DNA of 64,000 bases from Deltaproteobacteria bacterium (lineage in GTDB: Bacteria; Myxococcota; Myxococcia; Myxococcales; 40CM-4-68-19). Below are positions 52,457 to 61,078 of the stretch, piece by piece. The position numbers and the translations under genes were made by a program. Under the pieces are notes generated by a model. That model had not been told where the DNA came from. It saw only the letters and a list, made by a program, of their open reading frames with translations, and did no database searches. The stretch lies in contig JAYWBT010000132.1 in assembly GCA_043781235.1 (NCBI GenBank), positions 530 to 64,529 of the forward strand, given 5' to 3'. Numbering within the stretch: position 1 is the stretch's first letter; the number at the start of each line of letters is the position of its first letter.

Positions 52457-53362
52457 TCATGGAGAAGTTTTGCGCTCGCCGACGACGCCGGACACCGCTG
52501 CGCCGGTGTCGAGGCCGATGCGGACCTTCAGCTGGTAGCGGCTATGCTGATTGAAGCGGTCCACCGCCTCCATCATGTCCAACGCCAGGTGCGCCGCACG
52601 GATGGTGTGATCCGCCACCGGGTCGGGCAGTCCTACGGCAGCGAGGTACGCATCACCGATCGCCTTGTCCCTCTCGCGGCCGGGGTTGCCGGCCATGCCG
52701 TCAAAGCGGGCGGAGATATCATTGAGCACGCCCATTAGAACTTCGGCGCTCGCGCCCTCGGAGAACTTGGTGAACTCCACGATGTCTGTAAACAACACCG
52801 TCACCTCGGCGTAGCTCTCCGTGATCAGCTCCGTGAAGCTGGCGGTCGCGGCTTCGGGGTGCCCTTTTAATCGTTCAGCAATGGATTGCGGCACCACGTT
52901 GAGCAACAGCCGCTCCGATACCTTCTGCTCCGCGACGACCCGATCGTAGAGTCGCTTGGTTTCCAGATGCAGCAGGCGGACTTCGAGCATGTTGTGCACC
53001 CGGCTCAAGACCTCTGCGAGCTCGAACGGCTTGCTGACGAAATCCTTCGCCCCGGCTTTCAACGCGCGCAGCTTGTGAGTTGGCTGGGCGGTGATGACGA
53101 GGACCGGGAGATAACCGCTCGTTTCAATCTCCTTCAGGTTTTCCATCACCTGGAATCCGTCCATGCCGGGCATCTGAAGATCGAGCAGGATCAAGTCGTA
53201 GCGGTTCAGGAGATGAAGCTCACAGACCTTGCCCGAGTCCATCGTAGAGGTGAAGGAGACATAGCCGGCACTGCGCAGCAGCTGCTCGAGCAGAAGGATA
53301 TTCTCTTCCTGATCGTCGACGATCAGGATTTTGCCGTGGAGGATGTCGGTCGGGGTGATCAT
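52457..53362 (-). CDS. response regulator receiver fused to a C-terminally truncated class III nucleotidyl cyclase domain
   Basis: The receiver has ILIVDDQ, LILLDLQMPGMDG and KPF. The cyclase domain starts at VTVLFTDIVEFT and runs through GDAYLAAVG and RIGLDTGAAVSGVVG. It then stops, so the downstream half (YD.WGDTVN.ASR region) is absent. GC is lower than the surroundings. Confidence 0.7.
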   Translation of the reverse strand: MITPTDILHGKILIVDDQEENILLLEQLLRSAGYVSFTSTMDSGKVCELHLLNRYDLILLDLQMPGMDGFQVMENLKEIETSGYLPVLVITAQPTHKLRALKAGAKDFVSKPFELAEVLSRVHNMLEVRLLHLETKRLYDRVVAEQKVSERLLLNVVPQSIAERLKGHPEAATASFTELITESYAEVTVLFTDIVEFTKFSEGASAEVLMGVLNDISARFDGMAGNPGRERDKAIGDAYLAAVGLPDPVADHTIRAAHLALDMMEAVDRFNQHSRYQLKVRIGLDTGAAVSGVVGERKTSP

Positions 53363-53424
53363 GGGAATCGCAATTCCTTTCAAGGGCACGAAGGGCAGCG
53401 TTTCCAGCCCATGCTGACGACGGT

Positions 53425-53795
53425 GCGGACCGCGTAATACGACGCCTCGGGGTGGGGCACCAGCGACGGCACTGGTGCGCTGCTCCGGGACCATCTGGTG
53501 CATCTCCGTCAGTTGCACCCCGGTGCGGTTGGCGTCGAGATCCTGAAGACGCCCTTCCTGGTCGGAGAGTTCGGGCCAAGCGGGATATCCCGCGCTATAG
53601 CGCTTTCCCTGCCCCGCGGGCAATCCCAGCCGGGCGCGAACGCGGCGGTGCCAGTACTCGGCGAGCGCCTCGGCCGACTCGACGGCGAGGCCGTGCAGGA
53701 AGTAGCGGCGGTGAACTCGTCCCCGGCCTCCCCCTTCGAGCACAGCGCGGTGGCGCGGTCGGGGGCGAGCATAAAGGGCGCGCACAATATCACGC
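53425..53795 (-). pseudogene. remnant of a methionine synthase (MetH) activation/AdoMet-binding domain
   Basis: YFLHGLAVESAEALAEYWHRRVR...GKRYSAGYPAWPELSDQ...GVQLTEMHQMVPEQRTSAV matches the end of the MetH activation domain. The terminal HPEASYYAV and the upstream KGEAGDEF segment lie in other frames. No start codon or N-terminal half is present. Confidence 0.6.
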
Positions 53796-53814
53796 GTGCT
53801 AACGTCCTGCCCGC

Positions 53815-55086
53815 ATGACCGATGGCCCCATCGCCGCGTCGCTCGAGGCAGCGCTGATCGAGAAGGACGCCGAGATCGACCGGCTTCGGCGCCAGGCGCT
53901 GCGCGCGGAGGCCGAGCGGGCGCGTGTCGAGGCGCTCGCGGTCCAGCTGCGCGCGCGCGATCTGCAGCTTGCGCAGCTGCGCGAGCGGACGCAACGGGCG
54001 CTTTGGCAGGCGGAAAGCAACCTGGCGGCGGCGTCGAAGAAGATCGAGGAAGCAACCGTGCCCAGGCCGGTCCCCTCGGCCGGAGAGCTGAACGACGCGC
54101 GGGTGCGGGTGGCGCGGCTCTCGGCCGAGCTGGCCGAGCTGCGCGGCGAGCGGGACGAGCTCCAGCAGAAGCTGGAGGCGCTGGGCGGCGAGATCGACGG
54201 CGCGCGGGCGTCGTCGTCGGCGCTGCGGGCGGCCCTCTCGACGCGCGACGAGCGGGCCGGCACCGCCGAGGCGGCAGAGCACGCCGCCGAACAACGCGCT
54301 CAGGCAGCGCTGGAAGAAGCGGCGCAATCGCGCGCCGAGCAGGACCGGCTGGCGAAGGCTGAGGAGGAGGCGCGCGCGGCGGCAGCGGACGCGCTCCGGC
54401 AGCTCGCAGAGCAGAAGGGTGCGCTCGACCTCGCGCGGCGGGAGGAGCACGCGCTCGGCGAGCAGCTGGCGCGGCTGCACAGAGAGCTGGAGAGCGACCG
54501 CGCGGCGGCGCGCGCGCGGGAGAGCCGGATGGTAGCGGAGATGCACGAGCGCGAGGCGCAGCTGGTGGCTACGGCGCAGGCGCGCGAGGCGCAGCTCCTC
54601 GCTACCCTGCAGCAGCTGCAGCAGGATCAGAAGGACGCGAGCGAGCAGATGGCCGCCCTCACGCGCGCTAGCGTCGAGGCGCGCGACCGCGAGGCGGCGC
54701 TGGACGCCGAGCTGCGCATCGGCCGCGGCAGCCAGCAGGAGTCGCAGGAGCAGATCGAGGCGCAGCTCGAGAGCGCACGCGCCGACGTGCGAAAGCTGCA
54801 GGCCGACGCGCAGATCGCGAGCGACTCCGCCCGCCGCGCCGAGGCGCGCGTCGCCGAGCTGCAGGCCGTGGTGGACAGCCTCGGTCGCGAGCGGGCTGCC
54901 CTCCGGTCCGAGGCGGGCGCGATGCGGGCGCGCGTCGAGCTGCTGGCCGCGGCCGACGAGCGCAGCCGCAAGCTCGCCGCCGAGCTCGAGGACCTGCGCG
55001 GCGAGTACGACTTTCTCAACCAGGAGCTGGCGCGCTCCAACTCGCCGGGCTCTCGCGCGCCGCCCCCGTTACCCTCCAAACTCTAA
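53815..55086 (+). CDS. long coiled-coil protein
   Basis: 423 aa, dominated by Ala/Glu/Arg/Leu/Gln heptad-like sequence. Pro-rich C-terminal tail. Confidence 0.6.
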   Translation: MTDGPIAASLEAALIEKDAEIDRLRRQALRAEAERARVEALAVQLRARDLQLAQLRERTQRALWQAESNLAAASKKIEEATVPRPVPSAGELNDARVRVARLSAELAELRGERDELQQKLEALGGEIDGARASSSALRAALSTRDERAGTAEAAEHAAEQRAQAALEEAAQSRAEQDRLAKAEEEARAAAADALRQLAEQKGALDLARREEHALGEQLARLHRELESDRAAARARESRMVAEMHEREAQLVATAQAREAQLLATLQQLQQDQKDASEQMAALTRASVEARDREAALDAELRIGRGSQQESQEQIEAQLESARADVRKLQADAQIASDSARRAEARVAELQAVVDSLGRERAALRSEAGAMRARVELLAAADERSRKLAAELEDLRGEYDFLNQELARSNSPGSRAPPPLPSKL

Positions 55087-55099
55087 AAAGGGAGCGCCA

Positions 55100-55741
55100 A
55101 TGCTCGAGCTCGTCATCGGGAACAAGAAATACTCGTCGTGGTCCCTGCGGCCGTGGGTGCTTCTAAAGCACTTCAATCTGCCCTTCGAGGAGACGGTGAT
55201 CGGGCTCGACCTGCCGGACACCGCCGCCAGCATCGCTCGCTTCAGCAAGGCCGGAAAGGTGCCGGTCCTGATCGACGAGGGCCTGACCGTCTGGGACACG
55301 CTCGCCATCGCCGAGTACCTGGCCGAGAAATTCCCCGACCGCCACTTGTGGCCGGCGGACCGGCGCGCGCGCGCGCTCGCTCGGTCGGCGAGCGCCGAGA
55401 TGCACTCGGGCTTCCCCAACCTGCGCGCCGATTGCTCGATGAAGATCCTCGAGTCGCACCCGATCGCGAAGCTGCGGCCCGAGACGCAGGTCGAGGTGGA
55501 GCGCGTGGTCTCGTTGTGGAGCGAGTGCCTCGGCAGCTCGGGCGGACCGTTTCTCTTTGGCGCCTTCTCCATCGCCGACGCGATGTACGCGCCGGTGGTG
55601 TCGCGCTTCCGCACCTACGCGCTGCCGGCGTCGGGAGCGGCGGCTGCTTATCTCGAGACGATGTGGGCGTTGCCCGCGATGCAGGCGTGGGTCGAGGGCG
55701 CGCGCGCGGAGACGCTCCGGGTGAAGAAATACGAAAAGTGA
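55100..55741 (+). CDS. glutathione S-transferase family protein
   Basis: Thioredoxin-like N-domain (NKKYSSWSLRPW, GKVPVL, WDTLAIAEYL) followed by an alpha-helical C-domain. Confidence 0.8.
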   Translation: MLELVIGNKKYSSWSLRPWVLLKHFNLPFEETVIGLDLPDTAASIARFSKAGKVPVLIDEGLTVWDTLAIAEYLAEKFPDRHLWPADRRARALARSASAEMHSGFPNLRADCSMKILESHPIAKLRPETQVEVERVVSLWSECLGSSGGPFLFGAFSIADAMYAPVVSRFRTYALPASGAAAAYLETMWALPAMQAWVEGARAETLRVKKYEK

Positions 55742-56892
55742 GGCCGCTCGGCGTCTATATCCATTACCCCTATTGCCTCTCGAAGTGCCCCTATTGCGAC
55801 TTCGCCTCGCGCGCCGAGGCGGTGATTCCGCAGGAGCGCTACACCGAGGCGGTGCTGACCGAGCTGCGCGCGCGCGCGCCGCAGTTCGCAGGTCGCGAGG
55901 CGGTCTCGATCTTCTTCGGTGGCGGCACGCCCTCGCTGTGGGAGCCGGCGCTGTTCGCGCGCGTCCTGCGCGAGGTGCGGTCACTCTGGCCGGTTTGCTC
56001 CGGCGCCGAGATCACGCTCGAGGCCAACCCGGGCACGACCGACGAGGAGCGCTTCGCCGCCTTTCGTTCCCATGGCGTCAATCGATTGTCGATCGGCGTG
56101 CAATCGTTCGAGAGCGCGCAGCTGGTGGCGCTGGGCCGCAAGCACTCGGGTGGCGACGCGGTGCGCGCCTATGAGACCGCGCGCAAGGCGGGCTTTGCGA
56201 ACGTCTCGCTGGATCTGATTCACGGCGGCGAAGGCCAGACCGTTGCCAAAGCCGCCCGCGACGCGGCGACCGCCGTCGCCCTGGGCCCGGAGCATATCAG
56301 TTGCTATGCGCTCACTTTAGTCGGGCTGGCCGAGGAGGTGCCGATGGCGCGCGCGGTGAAGCGCGGCGAGCTGGAGCTTCCCGGCGACGAGGCGGTCGAG
56401 GAGATGGGCTTTGCCTTGCGCGCGGCGCTGGTCGCCGGCGGCTATGAGCGCTACGAGATCTCGAACTATGCGCGGCCGGGATACGAGGCGGTCCACAACT
56501 CGCTCTATTGGCGGGGAATCGAATATGTGGCCGCCGGCTGCGGCGCCTGCGGCTTCGAGCGCGTGGGCCGCGGAGCGCGCCGGTACGCCAATGACCGTTC
56601 CCCCGAGCGCTATATGGAGCGCGTCGCCGCGTGCGGGCTGGGCGAGGCGTCGTCCGAAGAGGTGACGCCCGAGGAGCATCTGCGCGAACGCCTCTTCACC
56701 GGGCTGCGGCTCGCGAGCGGCCTTGACCTCGCGGCGCTGGAGGACGATCTCGACCTGCCGGCGCGCGCGCGCTTTGCCCCACAGATCGAGCGGCTGTGCA
56801 AAGACGGCATCGCCGGGTTCGACGGCCGGGTGCTGCGGCTCAACGAGCGCGGCCTCGACCTCCACAGCGAAGCCGCGCTCCGCTTCTTCTGA
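55738..56892 (+). CDS. hemW: radical SAM heme chaperone HemW (HemN-like, oxygen-independent coproporphyrinogen oxidase family)
   Basis: YIHYPYCLSKCPYCDF (CxxxCxxC), FFGGGTPS and RLSIGVQSF motifs are present. GTG overlaps the GST stop (GTGA). Confidence 0.85.
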   Translation: MRPLGVYIHYPYCLSKCPYCDFASRAEAVIPQERYTEAVLTELRARAPQFAGREAVSIFFGGGTPSLWEPALFARVLREVRSLWPVCSGAEITLEANPGTTDEERFAAFRSHGVNRLSIGVQSFESAQLVALGRKHSGGDAVRAYETARKAGFANVSLDLIHGGEGQTVAKAARDAATAVALGPEHISCYALTLVGLAEEVPMARAVKRGELELPGDEAVEEMGFALRAALVAGGYERYEISNYARPGYEAVHNSLYWRGIEYVAAGCGACGFERVGRGARRYANDRSPERYMERVAACGLGEASSEEVTPEEHLRERLFTGLRLASGLDLAALEDDLDLPARARFAPQIERLCKDGIAGFDGRVLRLNERGLDLHSEAALRFF

Positions 56893-57013
56893 CCCGGCGG
56901 GCTCGGCTGCCCAGCTGCTCTTCTGCCGCAAGCAGCCGGCGGTTCTTGCCGGCGGGTGCACGATTCGGCTAGGAGAGCGCGCAGAACTCATTCCTCCTGA
57001 CTCGAGGTCTCAA

Positions 57014-57232
57014 ATGAAGAACCTGATGCTCGTCGCCGCCTTCGCGCTCGCGCTGTCCCCCGCCGCCTTCGCCAAGGGCAAGGGCTCCAAGGGCGGCAGC
57101 GCACAGACCCACCACTGCGAGATGAACGGCGTGACCGTGTCGAAGACCAAGAAGGCGTGCACCAAGGGCGGCGGCACCTGGGCCAAGGGCGCTCCCGCCG
57201 CCGACGCCACGACTCCCCCCGCGACCAAGTAG
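57014..57232 (+). CDS. small secreted Lys/Gly-rich protein
   Basis: Signal peptide MKNLMLVAAFALALSPAAFA. 72 aa with two Cys. Confidence 0.5.
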   Translation: MKNLMLVAAFALALSPAAFAKGKGSKGGSAQTHHCEMNGVTVSKTKKACTKGGGTWAKGAPAADATTPPATK

Positions 57233-57241
57233 CTCGCGATT

Positions 57242-57274
57242 CCGGGGAGCCGGCCCGCTCGACTGGCTCCCCGG
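57242..57274. terminator. GC-rich 10-bp stem hairpin between convergent genes
   Basis: CCGGGGAGCC, 13 nt, then GGCTCCCCGG. No clear U-run follows. Confidence 0.35.
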
Positions 57275-57305
57275 TCCCTTCGGTGCTGGTGTCGGCGACG
57301 CCGCC

Positions 57306-60300
57306 TCAGGGCGCGAGCCGCAGCTCCTGCGTCTGCGCGTCGTCGACCGCGTTGACGAAAGCGACGAAGTCCTTGTAGCGCTGGGGCAGAACCCGCTGCA
57401 GCGGCAGCGAGAGCGATTCCTCCAGCAAGAGCGTCCCGGCGGGCTCCTCGCGCGCGCTCCACCGATATGACCCGAATGGATTCTCCAGCGCGACGGGCGC
57501 AGGCGGCGACCGCAGATGCAGCCCCGGCGGCAGCGCGATCCGGGCGCGGGTCGAGAGCTTCTCCGCCGCATCGATCAAGAGCGGCAGCGCGCGCTCCGCT
57601 TTGGAAGCCCAGCGTCGCCCCAGGCGCTCGGGCAGCACCGACGCGGGCGCAAAGAGGGAACCGCCGTCCTGCCGCGCGAGCTGCGTGTGCAGCGAGTAGA
57701 CCAGCGCCGTCGTGCCGCCGACCTCGCTCTCGTGCTCGGCGGCGAGCGAGTCGAGCGTGACGCCGTGCAGGCCGCGGCCCAGCATCGCCTCCACGGCCTG
57801 CTTGCGCTGATCCTGATCCATGCGCTCGAGCGCGTCCTTCAGGCCCGCAGCCTCGTAGCCGTCGTGCTCGTCGCGGCCGGTGCCCGCGGCGCTGCCGTCC
57901 TTCGCCAGTGTCAGCTCGAGAGAGACCGCGCGGCCGTCCCGCTGCCCCGGCAGGTCAGCCGGCACGCGGAGCCGCTGCGGCGACTGGCCCGGCTCGGGCA
58001 GAACCCAGGCGTCCTGCCCGCGCACGTACTCGGGGAGCTGGCCGAAAGGCGCGAGCCGCGTGGAGGGATCGACCCAGGCCGCACCGTCGGGCAGGTCGAT
58101 GCGCAGCACCGCGTAGCCGTAGAGGTCGCCGCGGGGGAAGCGGTGCTCGGCGGGGTCGTTGCCCCAGGTGCGCACCAGCACCGCGTGCGACGGAATACCG
58201 GCCGCCGCGAGCGCTGCCTTGAGCACCACCAGCCGGTTGCCGCGGCCCTGCGCGAGCACGTGTCCCGCCGGTGAAGTGAAGTCGGTGCCCTGAGACCGGC
58301 CGCGCACCGCCTGCGCGACCGCGGCGTAGATCTTCTCCGCGGTCTCCCGCGGCGAGCGCCCTTCGCTCGCCTGCGCCAGCGCCTCGGTGCTGCTGGAGGG
58401 CCGCGAGCGCAACAGCGCCCAGTCAGCGATCGACAGCACCAGATCTCGCTCGGACGCGCCCGCGCCGATCTGCACCCACGGCATCGACTCGGTCTCAGCG
58501 GGCTGGTGCGGCTCGGGCAAGAGCGGCGCCACGTCGCGGGCCGAGTGGCTCCAGCGCAGCTCGCCGCTCGCTGGCTGCGGCTCGCGCTCGCGCAGGTTGT
58601 GCTGGTCGGCGACCAGGCCCAGCGCGGCCGGCGCGCGCACCTCATAGGTGGACTCGCGCATCGGCGTCTCGTCGTCGCGGAAAAGGAACGAGCCCAAGGT
58701 ATATCCGGGCAGCTCCGGCCCGCGCGGCGCCACCGGGCGCAGATAATCGATCTCCACCGCGTCCCCCGGCTCGAGGCCCGGCAGGCTGATGCTCTCCTTC
58801 TCGGGGATCGACTCAGGCTCGAGGATGCGGCCGTCGGGCTTGAGAGTGCGCAGGTGAAGGAGCTGCGCGTCCGAGGGGATCTGCGCCTCGCCGAAGCGGC
58901 TGATGCCCTTCTTGTCCAGGACGAGCGCGACGGTGTGGACCCGCTCGACGCCGCCGCCGTCGGGGTAGAGCTGGACCGCGCCGTAGTCGAGCAGCCGCAC
59001 CGCCGCCGCGCCTGGAGGCGCCTTCTCCTTGAAGGCGGCGCGGGCGAGCGCGAGGCCGTCGCGCTCGGACCAGGGCATCAGCGGCTGGTGCCGGTCGAGC
59101 GCGCGCTGCTGGCGCAGCTGCAGATCGCCGGGCGAGAGCAAAAGCGCCGCCTCGCGCGCGGCCCGCGCTCCGTCCGGCTGCCCGAGCGTCTCCAGCGCCC
59201 CGGCCAGCCGTCGCAGTGGCTCGGAGCTGCGGGGGCTCAGGGCGGCAGCGCGGCGCAGGGAGGCGAGCGCGGCTTCTGCTTGCTGGCGGGAGACCTGCAC
59301 CTCGGCGAGGGCGAGCAGCCGCGCGGGGATAGCGGGCCGCAGCCTGGCGTAGCGCGCGAAGAGGTCCTCGGCGCGCGCCAGATCTCCGCGGTCGCGCGCC
59401 AGGGCGCCGGCGGTAGAGAGGCCGTCGGGGCAGGTGACGAGCCCGTCGGCGAGGCGCGCCTGCTCGGCGGCGCCGCCCTCGCGACGGGCGAGCTCGTAAA
59501 GGAGGGTGAGGGCGTCGCACCGATCGGAGGCGCGCGCGCTCTCGGCGAGCGCCTTCGCGGAGGCGACGTTCCCGCGCGCTTCGAGGAGCCGCGCGCGGGC
59601 GAGCAGGAACCGCGCGGGCGGGGCGGGATGCGCGGCCGAAACCGTGGCCGGCGCGGTCAGCGAGGCCTCCGCCTGGTCGAGCTCGGCGGCTGCGTCGTCG
59701 AAGCGCTCGGCGTCGCGCTCGAGCGCCGCCGCCGTCAGCCGGGCGCGCACGAACCGCGGGTCGCGCGCCACCACTTCCGCCAGGTCGGCCAGTGCGCGTG
59801 CCTTGCCGATGCGATCGGGGAGCTCCGGATCGTGCAGCAGCTGCTGCGCTCGCAGCGCAAGCGCCGGCGCGCCGCCGCCCGACACCGACACCGCGCGCTC
59901 GGCCGCGGCGCGCTCGACGGGCCGATCGTCGCCGAGCGCCGTGCGCGCCAGCAGCCAGGCGCCGAGCGGGTCGCCAGCGTCCTGTTCGAGCAGCCGCAGC
60001 GCATACGCGCGCAGGTCGCTATCGTCGGTCCATTCAGGCTTCGCCACGCACGCTCCGCCGAGCGCGCAGGGCGCGTCGGGTCTGCGCTCGCCGCTCAAAA
60101 ACGCAGGCGCAGCGGTGCTCACGTCCGAGGGCGTTCCGTCGCCGCGTGCCAGCAGCAGCCGGAAGCGCGCGCCCTCCGACCGGCTCCAGCGCGCGAGGAT
60201 CCGGTGCGCGCCCGCGGCGAGCCGCACCGCCACCGTCTGCGAGCGCGCCGACTCGCGCGGGTACGGCACGCGCGACAGCTTCACCTCGCCGTCGATGCGC

Positions 60301-61073
60301 AGCTCGACCGCTCCTGCGCCCTCGACCCAGAACAGGTAGTCGCCGCCGCGCGCGAGCACCGCGTCGGTCGCCGCGTAGAAGACGTCGCCGTCGGCCGGCT
60401 CGAGCTCGAGGCCGACGTCGCCGTCGGGGAAGTCGAGCTCGCGCTCGAAGCGCGGCTGGGCGCGCGCGACCGAGGCTCCGTCGAGCGCGAGAGGCCGGGA
60501 AAGATCGAAGAGACGCAGCGCCGCGTACGGCCCGCCGACGCGCCAGTGCTGCAGCGCGCCCGCCTCGGCCCACAGGGCGCGCTCCTGATCGCCGTCGCCG
60601 CGGCTGGCGAAGACGCGCGCCGCCGCCTCGCGCAAAAGCCGCGCGGCCCGAGGCCCGGCACCCGCGCGCAGGCCCTCCGCGGCCTTGATCACCAGATCGT
60701 CCACCGCGCGCGAATCTCCCTGCGCATCCAGCAGGCGGATGGCGGCGAGCTCGGCGGCCGGGCTGCGAGGCGCGGCGGCGAGCGCGTCGGCCCAGGCGCG
60801 CGCAGCACCCAGCGTGTCGAGCCGGTCCTCGCGGATCTCGCCCAGCGCGTCGAGCGCCAGCGGCTCGCGCGAATCGGAGACGAGCTTCTCCGCGCCCAGA
60901 GGGTCGGAGGCGACCAGGTAGCGCAGCCAGCCGGCGCGCGCCGGATCTCCGCTGCGCTCGGCCGCGGCGAGACGCTTCGCCGCTTCCTCCGGTCCGCCCG
61001 GATTCTGGCGCTGCTTCGACAAACCCGCGGTGCAGCCCACCAGAAGAACCAGCGCGCCACAGAGCCATCGCAT
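57306..61073 (-). CDS. TPR / DUF3857 / transglutaminase-like lipoprotein with degenerate catalytic residues
   Basis: ATG at 61073 gives MRWLCGALVLLVGCTAG, which has a lipobox. Long TPR-like N-terminal half, a DUF3857-like middle (LRTLKPDGRILEPESI...PGLEPGDAVEIDY) and a transglutaminase-like region lacking Cys and His (GRGNRLVV, YGYAVLRI). Confidence 0.7.
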   Translation of the reverse strand: MRWLCGALVLLVGCTAGLSKQRQNPGGPEEAAKRLAAAERSGDPARAGWLRYLVASDPLGAEKLVSDSREPLALDALGEIREDRLDTLGAARAWADALAAAPRSPAAELAAIRLLDAQGDSRAVDDLVIKAAEGLRAGAGPRAARLLREAAARVFASRGDGDQERALWAEAGALQHWRVGGPYAALRLFDLSRPLALDGASVARAQPRFERELDFPDGDVGLELEPADGDVFYAATDAVLARGGDYLFWVEGAGAVELRIDGEVKLSRVPYPRESARSQTVAVRLAAGAHRILARWSRSEGARFRLLLARGDGTPSDVSTAAPAFLSGERRPDAPCALGGACVAKPEWTDDSDLRAYALRLLEQDAGDPLGAWLLARTALGDDRPVERAAAERAVSVSGGGAPALALRAQQLLHDPELPDRIGKARALADLAEVVARDPRFVRARLTAAALERDAERFDDAAAELDQAEASLTAPATVSAAHPAPPARFLLARARLLEARGNVASAKALAESARASDRCDALTLLYELARREGGAAEQARLADGLVTCPDGLSTAGALARDRGDLARAEDLFARYARLRPAIPARLLALAEVQVSRQQAEAALASLRRAAALSPRSSEPLRRLAGALETLGQPDGARAAREAALLLSPGDLQLRQQRALDRHQPLMPWSERDGLALARAAFKEKAPPGAAAVRLLDYGAVQLYPDGGGVERVHTVALVLDKKGISRFGEAQIPSDAQLLHLRTLKPDGRILEPESIPEKESISLPGLEPGDAVEIDYLRPVAPRGPELPGYTLGSFLFRDDETPMRESTYEVRAPAALGLVADQHNLREREPQPASGELRWSHSARDVAPLLPEPHQPAETESMPWVQIGAGASERDLVLSIADWALLRSRPSSSTEALAQASEGRSPRETAEKIYAAVAQAVRGRSQGTDFTSPAGHVLAQGRGNRLVVLKAALAAAGIPSHAVLVRTWGNDPAEHRFPRGDLYGYAVLRIDLPDGAAWVDPSTRLAPFGQLPEYVRGQDAWVLPEPGQSPQRLRVPADLPGQRDGRAVSLELTLAKDGSAAGTGRDEHDGYEAAGLKDALERMDQDQRKQAVEAMLGRGLHGVTLDSLAAEHESEVGGTTALVYSLHTQLARQDGGSLFAPASVLPERLGRRWASKAERALPLLIDAAEKLSTRARIALPPGLHLRSPPAPVALENPFGSYRWSAREEPAGTLLLEESLSLPLQRVLPQRYKDFVAFVNAVDDAQTQELRLAP

Positions 61074-61078
61074 GTCGA

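Noticed and set aside
52380-52460. Continuation of the truncated cyclase domain in another frame downstream of the stop at 52457.
   Set aside because: The +1 frame stops after 6 codons. The +2 frame reads [17 protein letters not shown], which lacks the WGD.VN.ASR signature. The region is also the 3' end of the convergent bEBP gene.
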